DNA of 64,000 bases from Eledone cirrhosa (Eukaryota), in NCBI GenBank assembly GCA_964016885.1, contig OZ024741.1:94674001-94738000 (forward strand). Reading direction: 5' to 3'. This document shows positions 24,790-38,149 of this stretch, in pieces. Made by a program: the position numbers and the translations under genes. The notes under the pieces were generated by a model. The model ran no database searches, was not told the origin of the DNA, and saw only the letters and a list, made by a program, of their open reading frames with translations. Within the stretch, counting starts at the first letter, position 1. Every line of letters starts with the position of its first letter.

Positions 24790-26230
24790 TCATAGTCTTA
24801 TATCTTGGTGATGGGGGGACGAAGAAGCAGGTGTGTGTGCGAAAGAAAAAGACGGGAGCGTTTGTGGCTCAGGTGCGATAGCATCTGTATCCAAATGTGC
24901 TCGTTTGAGTCTATCAATCGAAACCGTCTCTCTGGAACCCTTAATGTCTACAGTGAAATATTTCTCTGAACGAGCTAATACACAGTAGGGTCCAGAGTAC
25001 GGTTGTGTGAGAGGTGGTTTCACGGCATCGTTTCTCACAGACACATGGGTCCACGAGGCAATATCCCTTGGGACTGCAAATTGTACAGTTTGCTTCCTCG
25101 TATCCATCGGCGGCAGGTCCTGAAAATAAGAACGCAGATGGGATACATAGGAAAGCGGATCTTGTTTAGCAAGATCGACAGGGGGAAGCATTTGCCCAGG
25201 TAACGCTAGAGAAGCACCATATAACAATTCGGCCAGGGAGAACCCAAGTTCCTCCTTTATTGTTGAACGAATCCCCAACAACACAATAGGGAGGTACTCG
25301 CTCCAGCGCGTAGAGTCAGGAGAAGTCCGTAGAGCAGCTTTCAGTTGTCGGTGGAAGCGCTCCACCATTCCATTAGAGGCAGGATGATATGCAGTAGTTC
25401 GGATGCGTTTAGCGCCGATGATCTTCGTCAATTGATGGAAGAGATTCGACTCAAACTGCCTTCCACGGTCCATGGTAATTGACGTTGGCACTCCATATCG
25501 AGCGATCCATCCAGACACAAGGGCACGCGCTGTCGTCTCAGCAGTGATATCTTTCAAGGGGATGGCTTCAGGCCATCGCGAAAAACAATCGATTACCGTC
25601 AATAAGTAATTGTAACCACCACTGATGGGTCAAGGTCCCACGATGTCCACATGAATGTGGCGAAACCAGGCGTCCGGGTTACTAAAAGTACCAAGAGGAG
25701 TCTTAATATGTCTATGAACTTTCGATTTCTGGCAAGCAACACAGGAACGGCACCAAACAGTAATTTCACGTCTCATATTTGGCCAGAAGAATCTAGCCGT
25801 TATGAGTTTTACTGTGGCAGAAGATCCTGGATGTGAAATGCCACGCAAAACAAGAAACACAGTTCGACGATGGTTCAACGGAACAAAAGGGCATGGCGTA
25901 TCCAGAGACGTCGCAGAGGATCCATCCATCTGCGGTCGGTAATGGTAGGTATTTCATCCTGCAATTCACAAATTCTGTCGATGTAACATCCAACGATTCG
26001 AGGGTAGGCTGATCGGCTGCCAAGCGATTCAAATCTATGTCATCGGACGACGAGATTGAAGTAATCGGTAAATGAGACAGGGCGTCGGCCGCTGTATTCA
26101 TAGAACCCGGAATATGTTGAAAATCATTTGTAAACTGATAGATGAGGTCGAGATATCTAGTTTCTCTAGGCGAGTATTTGTCTGCCTTTGCCTGCAAGGT
26201 GAATGTCAACGGCTTGTGGTCCGTAAGCAT
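24790..26230 (-). pseudogene. Gypsy pol fragment: RNase H end, integrase Zn-binding region and DDE core; disrupted
   Basis: TDHKPL, SHPG...[36 protein letters not shown] and [12 protein letters not shown]; frameshift near 25900 and stop at 25630. Confidence 0.93.
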
Positions 26231-26647
26231 TTTAAGGCCATTTTCCCTGCTAAAGGTGTTAGCCTTGCAGACCACATGACAGTTTTCTTCATTTTGACCT
26301 ACCCTCTGTATTTCTCTCTTACCAGTAGACCCTTGACTTTCATTTCTTATTTATCTGTCTTTCGTGGTCTTCTTTTTCATCTACTTCCTTCCACAGTCAC
26401 TAATCAACTATTATAGGACCATCTTATAACAAAGATAAAAATGATGATCAATAAAATATGTATTGTTAAAGAAAGATGTAGCATACATGATCAAGATTGT
26501 GGTGGACTAGATTATGTACTGAATATAGTTCAGTAGTTCCTTGTTCCAAATTCAAATCCTTTCACACATCATTCAGAGCATTTTGTACGGTTTTTATAGA
26601 ACAATCTAAAAATTGAAATCAGTGTTATACAAAATCAGAACACTTAC

Positions 26648-26743
26648 TAAATGCTGAATTAAGTCTGTTCTATAATGATCCCATCCAAGTTCTCCAATAT
26701 GAAGACCATTTTTTCGGAGTGCTAACTTCCAGTGATGCCCTGT
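26648..26743 (-). CDS. NERD1-like gene coding exon 4 (TGHHWKLALRKNGLHIGELGWDHYRTDLIQHL)
   Basis: Acceptor tttctacAG, donor GTAAGT; 96 nt, phase 0->0. H.WKL...H.GE parallels plant HNYKL...HPGE (recalled). Confidence 0.85.
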
Positions 26744-26913
26744 CTGTAGAAATATTAACAAAATCAATAAAAAAACTAGCCTTCATAAATCATTTCCTCA
26801 TCATATAAGAGAAGTCATGTGTGTGTGTGTGTAGGTATATATGCTTATATAAATAGTGGAGCGCACATGGACGGAGATGCTGTAGAATAGCTTATGAAAT
26901 AGGGTGAATCCCT

Positions 26914-27095
26914 TCATCATCATCATTTTACGTCCGCTTTTCCCTGCTTGCAAGGGTTGGACGGGTCCTATTCAGCACAGCATCTCTCCACTTGTCACGG
27001 TCCTTCGTCATCTCCTCGGTGAGTTTCAGCGATCTGAGGTCTGCTCTGACCACCTCCGCCCATGTCTTTCGTGGTCTACCTCTACTGCATCTTAG
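26914..27095 (-). mobile_element. RTE LINE 3' terminus, short-UTR type
   Basis: RGRPRKTWAEVVRADL...DRDKWRDAV followed directly by ACCCTTGCAAGCAGGGAAAAGCGGACGTAAA(ATG)n. Confidence 0.8.
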
Positions 27096-27913
27096 AGATG
27101 GAAAAAGAAGTTGCCATTGGCCGCGTACATGTGTGGGTTCAAACAAGAAAAATGCAATCAACACTTAATGTTGGAGAAAATGCAGAAACAAGTTAAACTA
27201 CACCTGATATTCCCCCTACAAACACATGCATGTATGTAACTGTATGTATATCATGACTCATACACTGTTCATTTGTATATTATTCTATGTACTATACAAG
27301 CACCTTTGATGAGTTGTAGGGCACCTGAGCACTGTACACAATAATTTTCATAATTATTATTTATATATACTATATGTGTATGTGGTCGTGTGTGTGTATA
27401 AAGTCAATCAAATTCAAGGAACATCAAGAGAGAATCATATATTGTATTAACATCAGTTAACATAATGATTAAAAGGAGAAAATAAAAATATCTTTAATGT
27501 TTCAGACACAATGCCTTCATCTGGATTTCAACGGCTTGATGCCCTTCCTAATGCCAACCACATTACAGCATGTATTGGTAACTTTTTTCATGGTACCTCC
27601 ACTACCATTTTACAGGGTGTACTAGGTGCTTTGCGTTGTGGTACCAGTACAACCACCTTACAGGGTGGCCCGGATACTTTTTTATCATGGTACCAGCATG
27701 ACCCCCCCCTCCCGTTACAGGGTGAACTGGATGCTTTTTGTTGTTGTGGCATCAACACTACCACTGTACATGGCATCAGCACTGTGGGAATGCAAGTGTG
27801 GAATATGTCCGACTTTTCAAGCATGCATGGATTGAACAACAAAGGTATATCAGAGGTGTGAAAGGGGATGTAATCATATGGTAAAGAAAGGGTTAAAATT
27901 TTCAATAGCATAC

Positions 27914-28043
27914 CTTTGCCTCTGACCGTTTACCACTGAAATCACCAGGGAGATGGTGCCACCGAATCGCTCCATCAAACCCATTCAAAGCAAATGTAGA
28001 GAAATGGGTGAGAATATCTTGTTCAGATTTTGATTCTGAGAGG
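27914..28043 (-). CDS. NERD1-like gene coding exon 3 (LSESKSEQDILTHFSTFALNGFDGAIRWHHLPGDFSGKRSEAK)
   Basis: Acceptor ttcttgcAG, donor AAG|GTATGC; 130 nt, phase 2->0. Not in the ORF track. Confidence 0.88.
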
Positions 28044-29059
28044 CTGCAAGAATATAGAAATTAGAGTATGATCACTTGGATAGAAACCAGAAACTAAAAT
28101 TCCACTAAAAATATTTTTTTTCTTATTAAAATTCTTCTACTGAAATAAAAACTGTTTTTTTAATTTTTCTTTTCAATATTGGTGTCTTCTTTTGATTTGG
28201 ATACTCAATAATTACCAGGTATCTTTTTGCTGAATGTTATACTCACCATGAGGTCCTTTTAAAGGTATTGTTTTGTGGTCAGATAACACTTTCCGTGATA
28301 CCAATTTTTTTTAGTCACCTCTTACAACATGCAGAGACATAGGAGTTGAATGTGGAACAACAGAGAAGGGTGGAGAAAATGGAAATGAGAATTGTCCAGA
28401 TGCAATATTGCTGAGAGAGGAAGAGAAACAATAAACTGCAGAGGATGTCGGAAATAGAACCAATGATGAATGTTGGGAAGAGAAATGGAATGAGATGATT
28501 GGGTCATGTTTTGGGGAAGGATGGAAGTGACTAGCAGAGAGGAGTGATAGAAATGAATGTGGAAAGAAGTAGAGGGAGGAAAATACCAAAATAGACATGG
28601 CTAAAAATAACAGAGAAGGAGGAAATGAGGGTCAGGAGTTTGGTGAAGCAGTTGCAGACAATAGGGAAAAGTGAAGTTTGTCATGAAGCATGCATGGCTA
28701 ACCCATGCTTAGGTAGGAAAAATGGCCTTAAAACGCTTGTTATGGTTGTTGTTTGTTCTAGCTTTTTCCTAGACTTGTTCTTATCCACTAGGCCACTGAT
28801 GTATGTTTGCATGAATAAGCGTCATTGGAAACGATGCCATATAGAATTTCTTCTGGTTCTCACCAATGAGACATAGCCTGCATAGACTAGGGGTGTTGAT
28901 CAAATTCAGAAAAAAATACTGGAAGACATTTTGTCCTACCTTTAGTTTAGATTTAAAAGCTCCTAGTTCAAATCTAATCCAGTACTATGCATATGTCCAG
29001 GAATAAGATATCTGAGGATTAAACCAATTGAAACATCATCATCATTGAGACCAAAGTCG

Positions 29060-29380
29060 AACATTCCTGACTAAGTTTCTCCATCACTATTTTCCATTCC
29101 TCCTGGCAACTGTTCCCTACTGAAGTTTGTATTGTCTGAGAGTTAATCGATGACGATTCGAGCAGGCCTTCCTCTATTGCATCTCCCATGAGTTGGTTTC
29201 CACAATAGTAACATCTGTATAACTTCTGGCTTACTTCTCCAGAACGTCCTGCAAATTGTAACCATTTTTTAGCATCTATAATTGTTTCTGTATAAACTTT
29301 TATTTGTAATAAGCTGATGCCAGTTTATGTTTTGTACAACCATAAGCATTTCCCAGTCTGGATATGGAAGTCAGGTCTAC
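29060..29380 (-). pseudogene. Old non-LTR (RTE-like) ORF2 C-terminal fragment of a different subfamily
   Basis: Minus-strand peptides LQFAG and WKPTHGRCNRGRPAR. Confidence 0.5.
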
Positions 29381-29455
29381 TCAGAAAATCAAAATATCAT
29401 TTTTCAAAACTCAAACATAATGTAGATATTTATCTGTTGAAAAAAAATTAATCAA

Positions 29456-29668
29456 CCCTTTAGCATTTGCATTACTCTATATATATTTTGACGGTAAACA
29501 CTTTATCTCACATAATTATCTCACATAATATCGAATCTATGAGATTTTGATATTATTTATTTTGAGAACAATACTTTAACATAAGTATGAGTGTCTGGTT
29601 ACAGCTAGTTTGAACTGGAAGAGGTGAGAGAATTCTGGCCGGATACAGCTGATTTAAATGCTAAAGCG
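29456..29668 (-). mobile_element. TTAA-target MITE, family B
   Basis: TIR CCCTTTAGCATTT; homologous, in reverse orientation, to 40672-40878 and 61752-61973. Confidence 0.75.
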
Positions 29669-30284
29669 TTAATAGTACATTGGCAACAGCTCTGAGATAG
29701 GCATGAACATCACACAGCATCATTACTATTACACAGTATAATTTTTATAGTTTGTCTTCTTTTTTTGTATTTTTCTTAAAGAAATCAATAGTCTACACTA
29801 AATGACACAATCTCCACATACTTTCTTCCTCTTTTGAGGCTTCTATTAACACCCTTATTATCAACAGATGGTTGTTTCGTAGTCAAAATAAACTTGGCAC
29901 TAAATACGATATGCCACTACCAGACAGCACCACCACTACCACAAACACCACCATCACCACTACAATCCCCACTACTACCACCACAACCACAATCCCCACC
30001 ACCACTGCCACCACTACCTCAAACACCACCACCACCAGAGTTACATCCTTTCTCTCATAATCAACTAAGAAATCTACAAGGTTCTTTCTTTAAATTTTGT
30101 TGTTTTGTTCCCTCCTTTATTTCAGTAGCACCAAACCACAGAACAGGGATAACTGAAATCTCAGAAAATCATATAGTCAACATCCTACATATTTTCTGTC
30201 TTTAAATCCCTCATGATAAAGAAGAGAAGTCTGAAGAAGCAAAAAAAAATTGGTAACTTGTTAATCTGTTGTTATTATTTTCAT

Positions 30285-30910
30285 GACGCATAGAGTTACG
30301 GCCCTTGCTATTCTGAGTTCAAATCCCGCCGAGGTTAACTTTGCCTTTCATCCTTACGGGGTCGATAAAATAAAGTACCAGTAATGCGCTGGGTAATTGC
30401 TGGCCTTGTGCCAAAAAGTAGAAACAATTATTTTCATATCGGTAGAGTATCAGACACCATGCTTTAGCATAGAGTTATGGCCCTTTGCGTTCTGAGTTCA
30501 AATCACAAAGTTGGCTTTGCCTTTTATCCTTACGGGGTTGATAAAATAAAGCACCAGTAATGCACTGGGATAATATCTTGTGCCAAAAGTAGAAACAATT
30601 ATTTTTCAGATTAGGGCAGTGGATTGGCAAAGATTGTTGAAACTACAGAAAAAATGCCTCACTGCATTTGTTCTGGCTCTTTACATTCTGAGTTCAAATC
30701 CCACCAAGGTCTACTTTTCCTTTCATGCTTCCAGCGAGAAAGGAGACGGATGTTGATAAAATAAAGTACCAGTAAAGTTGAGGGGTCAATATAATTGACT
30801 TTCCTCTCACCCTAGATTTCTGACCTTGTGTCTAAATTACAAACCATTATTTTTCAGCAGTAATGCACTGGGTAATTGCTGGCCTTGTGCCAAAAGTAGA
30901 AACAATTATT
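30285..30910 (+). mobile_element. Head-to-tail cluster of 3-4 tRNA-derived SINE copies (central motif TTTGCCTTTCATCCTTACGGGGTCGATAAAATAAAGTACCAG)
   Basis: Repeated B-box GAGTTCAAATCCC, central motif and tail GGCCTTGTGCCAAAAGTAGAAACAATTA. The motif recalls conserved central domains of Meta/Sauria-type SINEs (from memory). Confidence 0.8.
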
Positions 30911-31734
30911 TTTCAGTTAATCTTATTTATATTTTGTGTTTTCACTCTCAACCAACTCTGTGTTCCATGTTTATATTAATCTGGTACTGCTGACATGATA
31001 AACTGTACCTAGTCATGCTGCAAAGTGGTTAGTAAAAATTGTACAAAAAATAACAACAAAAAAACACACCAATAAAGTCAATGATTAAATAGGTAAACCC
31101 ACAGAATTTGCACCTTTGTGAGGGTTTTGAAGGGGCCTAAACAGCACAATAAATAATAGCTGTCAAAATGGTGGTACAAGTGGTGGATCCCCTTCACAAA
31201 CTGTGACAAGGCTTCAAGGTACAACAGATTGTAGCACCAACATCTCCCTACAGTCGGACAGTCCCAGCATCAGCTCAACACTCTTACACCATGGATATAG
31301 GAGCTTTAACCCTTTCATTACAAAACTGCCTGAAACTGACTGATTCTACGATACAAAACTATTTGTTTTAAAGTGTTTATCTTCATCATCATCACGATCA
31401 TTATCACCACCACCATCATTGTCATCACCACTCTCACCACCATCATCATCACAATTATCGTCATGCACAATCATCACCACCACCACTACCATCACCACCA
31501 TCATCATTTAACATCTATTTTCCAAGCTTACATGGATTAGACAAGTTGTCACATTATGAGACAAGTCAAATCAGGGGATTGTATCTTGCTCATACATAAC
31601 TGTCTGGCTTGGTTTCTGTGGCCAGTTGCCCTTTCTAATGCCAACCACAGTTACAGTGTGGACTCGGGGTTTTTATTTTGGCACCAAAATTTTATGTAAA
31701 AACTTTTGTTAAGTTATGTTCCAGACACCAGCTT

Positions 31735-32115
31735 AATAATGGTTTATGATTTAGGCACAAGGTCAACAATTTGGGGGGAGGGAAAGTCGATTAAATTGAC
31801 CCTAGCGCATTATTGGTACTTTATTTTATTGATCCTGTAAGGATGAAAAGCAAAGTTAACCTCAGCGGGATTTGAACTCAGATTATAAAGGGACATAACT
31901 CTATGCCATAAAGGATGTTGTCCGACTCTCTAATAATTGTTTCTACTTTTGGCACAAGGTTGGTAATTACCCCCAGTGCATTACTGGTGTTTTATTTTAT
32001 CGACCCCGTAAGGATGAAAAGCAAAGTTAACCTCAGTGGGATTTGAACTCGGAACGTAAAGGGCCATAACTCTATGCTACAAAGCATTGTGTCTGACACT
32101 CTACCGATACTGCAA
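31735..32115 (-). mobile_element. Two tandem copies of the same SINE family
   Basis: Reverse complement of the motifs above. Further copies near 35383, 40230, 45358, 46600, 47408, 49370, 49585, 58200 and 61260-61605. Confidence 0.8.
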
Positions 32116-32496
32116 AATTCTAAATCCCTCTAAAGTCTTGATTACATTCAAAGTGATTTAAAAATCCTAGTTAGTGTCTTTTATTAAAAATATGGTAACA
32201 AAAGAGTTAGAGATCAAACACAGTAGAGATAGAACCCACAACTATTTCTCCACTTTAACCAGATTCACTAACAAATGATCCAATGTTTTCAACATATAGA
32301 TACACACAGGCCTAAACCCAAATATACACATATATATATGAGTGCATGCCTGAATCCAAACACGCACATATAAATATACTCGTGTTTATTTGTTCCAACA
32401 AAAGCCATCCCATCTATGTTGACACAGAAAGATGGATATAGAACAGTAAAAGTACACTTACATACAAACACACATATACACACATAAACACACACG

Positions 32497-32528
<32 letters not shown>

Positions 32529-33404
32529 GACACAGACACAAACGCACACAAACATATAGACAAAGACATACACACAGAGACAGACACATAGAAAAAGACA
32601 CACACACATAGAGAGAGGGAAGTCCTTACAACCATATAGGTCTCCACTTCCATAAGTAGCAGCATTATTCTCCATATTCCCACCAAGAGACACTTTCAAA
32701 CGAGATTATATCTAACAGAACATGTCAATCATTTTAAGATTGATACTTCCAGTCAAATGCCAGTTATACAAGAACTGCAACTTGCTGGTTCCGCTCCATT
32801 ATATTATAGCTCCCAGTACACAACTCCACATCACACACACACACACACACACACACTTTGACTCTTAGAAAATTGCTATCAAACACTTCCTACATAGAAA
32901 TATGCTATTTTCATTTTGATTTTGATTTTAATCACTGGATTGTGGCCATTCTGGAGCACTATCTTCAAGAGTTTTAGAGCTGGTCATACTCGATTCTAGA
33001 AAATATATTTTCAGTCTTATACTCATTTTATGGATCTCTATTTATTAAATAGCTAAACGATGTAACATAATACACTTTTTACATTACTATACACAAACAT
33101 AGACACCCACCCACACATACAGAATATGTGTGTGTGTGTATATAAATATATATATCATCATCATCGTTTAACGTCCATTTTCCATGCTAGCATGGGTTAG
33201 ACGGGTTGTCCCGTGAGAGGTAAGTCAGGTCAGGTGAGTGTGTCTTGCTCATATAGAACTATTTCTGGCTAGATTTCTACAACTGGATGCCCTTCCTAAT
33301 GCCAACCACATTTACAGTGTGTGCTGGGTGCTTTTTGTGTGACTCGTACACAATAATAATGACCTCCTCCACTATAATTACTCACACACACATGTATATG
33401 TATA

Positions 33405-34605
33405 GCTCTTAGAAAACTAGGAGTTGATGAGTGGCTTGTAAAGGCTGTACAAGCCATGTATAGGGGAGCAGTCAGCAACGTTAGGATTAACAATGGCTAT
33501 AGTGAGGAATTTAGCGTACAGGTGGGCATCCACCAGGGCTCTGTTCTTAGCCCTCTCCTGTTTATTATCGTATTGCAGGCTATAACAAGAGGAGTTTAAG
33601 ACTGGCTGCCCATGGGAACTCCTGTATATGGATGATCTTACATTCATAGCGAAATTTATGGTGGAACTAGAGAAGAAATTCCAAACATGAGGTCTTAGTC
33701 TCAACCTGACAAAGACTAAGGTCCTAATAAATAAAAGAGAAAACAGAACCCTGATCCCCTCAGGGAAATGGCTTTGCTCAGGATGTAGGAAAGGTGTAGG
33801 TAGAAATTCCATCATCTGCCCCAAATGCAAACTATGGGTACACAAGAAATGTAGTGGGATCTTAGGAAGTTTAGCTAAGAACATAGGTTTTATATATAGC
33901 AGTTGCACCAGAGCAGTAAGCAACAAATAATCACAGGAAATAAGAGCTATCAAATTCCTGGAAGGCTTGGTAGAAGCAGTAGACAGCTTCTGCTACCCAG
34001 GTGACCAAATTAGCAACAGAGATGGGTGTTCTGAAGGTACAGTAGCCAGAGTAAGAACGGAATGGAACAAATCCAGGGAGCTACAACCACTGCTAGCTAC
34101 AAAAAGGTTTTCCCTCAAAATGAAAGAGACTGTATGATGTGTGCATACGACCAGCAATGTTGCATGGTAGTGAGACCTGGGCACTGTGTGCAGAAAACTA
34201 GTGTAGATCGGAAAGAAATGAAGCTTACATGCTCTGATGGATGTGTAATAGTAATTATATAGTATGTTCCACTCCTACCTCCACCCTTCTATACATCTCC
34301 CATTAAGACAGGCTGAAGCATACATCTAGTGAAGCCTCCAGTTCACACTGTAAAGAGGTTGTGATGGTGACACAACAAAAGCACCCAGCCCACACTGTAA
34401 AGTGGTTATGTAGGTGTCACGACAAAAAGCACCCAGTATTCACTGCAAATGTGGTAGGCAATAGGAAAGGCATCCAGCTGTAGAAACCAAGCCCAAATCA
34501 GTTCTGTATGAGGAAGACATGGTCACCTGATCTGGCATTTCTCACAACAGGACAACTCATCTAATCCATACTAGCATGGAAAAATGGACATTAAATGGTG
34601 ATGAT
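33405..34605 (+). mobile_element. RTE LINE fragment with RT core, PHD-like insert, 3' UTR and tail; disrupted
   Basis: GIHQGSVLSPLLF, LLYMDDL, NLTKTKVLI, GKWLCSGCRKGVGRNSIICPKCKLWVHKKC, VDSFCYPG; the 3' UTR carries 48-bp units. Confidence 0.88.
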
Positions 34606-36112
34606 GACACACATATGTATATATATATGTGTGTATATCATCATCATCATCATCATCATTGTTTAACGTCTATCTTCCATGCTAGCATGGGTTAGATATA
34701 AAAGCTGACCTTGCACAATTGCACCTCTCAAAGGCAATGACTCAGGATCGAGATCTCTGGTGTTATGCAGTAATACAGAAGACCTGTCTGGGTTGAAGCA
34801 CACATCTAGTATAAACCACTTCCTCCTACCTCCACCACCCCCTTCCCTACACTTCACATATCCTAACACCCCCATTGCTCCAATTAACATACTGTTTAAC
34901 CCTTTTGTTACTATATATCTAATGAAAGATACTGCTAATGATTTTAGAATTTAGATATAGTAAACGTGGTTGGTGTTAGGAAGGGCATCCAGCCATAGAA
35001 AACCCCCCAGATAGTCCTGAGCAAGACAACCAATCTTACCGCAAGTGGGACAATTCCCGTCCAGACCCATGCTAGCGTGGAAGATGGACGTTAAACGATG
35101 ATGATAAGATAAGATAATGAAGAATGTAGATGGAATTAGTAATATTAAGCTGGTGTTTGTATGGAATTTAAAATGATAGGAGGTTTGTAGATAAATATTA
35201 AAAAACACTTTGTATCACAGAAACAGAGGCCACTTTCAGGCAATTTGATATCAAAAGAATTAAATTAGCATACTCCTGTTTCAACTATCACACTGCTCTA
35301 ATTAACATCCTACTCCAATTAATGCAGGGTTCCAATTAACATGCTGTATAATTACTAACATTAACACATTCATTAGAGTGATAAGCGGTGGATTGGCAGT
35401 ATCGGTAGAGCGTCAGACACCATGCTTTGCAGCACAGTTATGGCCCTTTATGTTCTGAGTTCAACTTTGCCTTTCATCCTTAAAGGGTCGATAAAATAAA
35501 GTACCAGTAATGCACAGGGTAATTACTGGCCTTGTGCCAAAAGTAGAAACAATTAATTAGATTGATATAGTCATTATAATAATTTTAACTATGCTTTCCA
35601 TGTTGGCATGGGTTGGATGGATTTTCACAGTCCAAGTCCGTTCTTATTTTGAACTTAACTAGACTGATTCAATTAATATAATTTTTTTTAATCCATTTTT
35701 GTTTTTCTGATTAATCAGAGAAGAAGGGCAGTACCCATTACCCTTTTCAGGGTCCCTGAAGGCCTGGTCTGAAAGCTTGCACCAGAACAGATTCCACTAA
35801 AATCACCCAAAGGCCAGATGAATGTGTTAGCATTTTAACACAGGATGCAAAGAGCTGGAACAGATATCACAATGCTGCCTATAATGTACATACAGGAGCT
35901 TTAACCCTTTGACACAAATCCACCCATTTTTCCTCTGTTATTATAAAACAAAACCATCCATTTTAAAATGTTCACTTTTAAATAACAATCTTCCAATGTA
36001 TGTGTAGAAAATAGTCTTTTCTTTGAAAGCTACCACAAATCGAAATGGATGGTAAATGTTAAAAATACCATAACAATGGTGTTGGGATATTACATTGCAG
36101 TTCTTTATAAGT

Positions 36113-36242
36113 TAAAATCCCTTTATCAAAAGATTAATGGAAGAAACTAGTTTGAAGCTGTATAGTTTTTGTTGCTCTTAAGCAGCCATTTAAAAAAATT
36201 TCAACTAGCTTCTTCTGTTAATCTTTTAATGAAGGGATTTTA
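36113..36242. repeat. Imperfect inverted repeat (about 39-bp arms, about 5 mismatches), MITE-like
   Basis: AAAATCCCTTTATCAAAAGATTAATGGAAGAAACTAGTT ... AACTAGCTTCTTCTGTTAATCTTTTAATGAAGGGATTTT. Confidence 0.6.
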
Positions 36243-36480
36243 TCCTAAAATATAAGGAACTAGGGGATCAGATATACATAAAAAAATTGTTGAGATTTAT
36301 GTTTTTACTTTTATCAGATTAAATCAAATTTTATTTCCCATAATTATACATATCCACTTTTTTACAGGGGGAAATTATTCGTAATAACCTTTGACCTTTA
36401 TATGAAAGCTTTTGAAGTGGATTTGTGATATTCTTTATTCATATTTCATAACCTTATAGCTGTAGAGCAAAGCAAACTAT

Positions 36481-36770
36481 AATGATGATGACTATGGTAA
36501 AGATGTTAATGATGATGATGATGACTGGTAATAATGATGATTATTTGACTATGGTGATAATAATGATTATAGTAATGATGATAACAACAACTATAATGAT
36601 AATGATGATGATGATTATGGTGATGATGATAACAACTAAAGTCATAATGATGATGAGAATGATGATTATGATGATGATCATGATGATAATGATGGTAAAG
36701 ATGAAGACAATGGTGATAATGATGATGACAATGATGATGACAATGATGACAATGGTGATTACTATTTGAC
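36481..36770. repeat. Degenerate (ATG/ATA)n microsatellite
   Basis: Seen directly. Confidence 0.85.
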
Positions 36771-38149
36771 AACAGCTGAGGTCAAATTCATTAGATTTTT
36801 CTTTCTCAGCATTCAGTGAAATCTAACCAACTGAAACAAAATGGCATCAAAAACTAGACAGGAGGTGAGAGGGATTACAGTAATTTGAGAAGATAGTGTC
36901 TGTATGTGGTTACTCCACTGGCTAGAAATAACAGTTAAATCTCCTTCAAACCCCACCTACCATCTTAAAAAAAAGAAACACTGGATAATGAAGTTCAAGA
37001 TACACTAGACTTGGAAATTTTAAAAAAAGCAGTGTGGTCATGGTTGGAATGCCCTTTATCATAGACTGGTTCGATGGATATGACTTTAAGCTAAATAACA
37101 GCTACAACATAACTTGGTGTTTTTGTTTGTTTTTTTGGTGGGAGGAGAGGTTGAATTATTAAAGTGCCAGCTAGACAAAATATTCTACAGTTCACTTCAA
37201 TCTCTCCAAGATACCAGTAATACACCACTTCTTCCTATCCTCCTCCTCCTCCTTCTTTGCCCATTTATTACTGAGCGGGTCATGGTAGCAGAGTCCTCAA
37301 ACATTCCTTCCAGTGGGTCCTGTCAGAAGCAATCGTCTCCAGGTGATCCAGTTGAATCACCAAATAAGACCAGCTGATATCATGGATGTTATCCAACCAT
37401 TTTGCTCAAGATCTACCCCTGGGTCTCCTGCCAGTTGTATTTTGTCCATAAAATCTGCCCAGCTATTCCTTCCTGAGACATTCAAATAACAAATTACCTT
37501 GCAATTCATTTTAATCTCACAAAGATACCAGTAACACACTTTATTTTCTTAAATAACTAACTCTTAACAGAAGCATGGCTATCATCATCACCATTGTTTA
37601 ACGTCCACTTTTCCAGCTAGCAAGGGTTGAACGGGTCTACATAGACCAAGTCAGTACTAAAGCGGAGCTACTGATCTTCCAGACAGGCCGAGGGGGTCTG
37701 CATCTCACATGTAGTGATATGGAGTGCAGAGAAGTTGCCATGTCTTTTGACACATACTGAAGCATCCTCCCAACACGTGTTTAGCAAGCTTTCTATGGCT
37801 GGATACCCTTCCTAACACCAACCACTTTACAGCATGTACTGGGTGCTTATAGTGTGTAGATTACCAACACAAGGGAGGCTGTCATGTCCTTGACATAACT
37901 GAAAGGTCCTCCTGACCCTTTGGCTGTTTCATTAAGAAGTTCACTTCACAACCTCATGATTTGGGATATTATCCTACTGTGTGGAACCTTGAGCAAATGT
38001 CATCTACTGTTGTCTTGGACAGGCCATTGCTCTGTAAGTGAATAATTTGATAGCCGGAAACTGTGTGAAGGCCACAAAAGGTTCAAGAGAAGTCTTAGTT
38101 ATATCAGGGAAATGACAACCTCTCTATTGATAGTGAACTACATAGTAAA

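Larger units (their letters stand above)
21830..26230 (-). mobile_element. 5'-truncated Ty3/Gypsy LTR retrotransposon (outer element): pol 3' end, PPT and a 3' LTR split by a nested insertion
   Basis: PPT AAAAATCTGGTGGGAGG at 24477-24461 (-). LTR starts TGTAGAAG at 24457 (-), runs to 24258 and is inferred to resume at 22005. Left boundary uncertain. Confidence 0.8.

Noticed and set aside
37260-37475. GC-richer, exon-like stretch with a minus-strand acceptor
   Set aside because: The phase-2 reading stops immediately, and exons 2 and 3 already join correctly without it.
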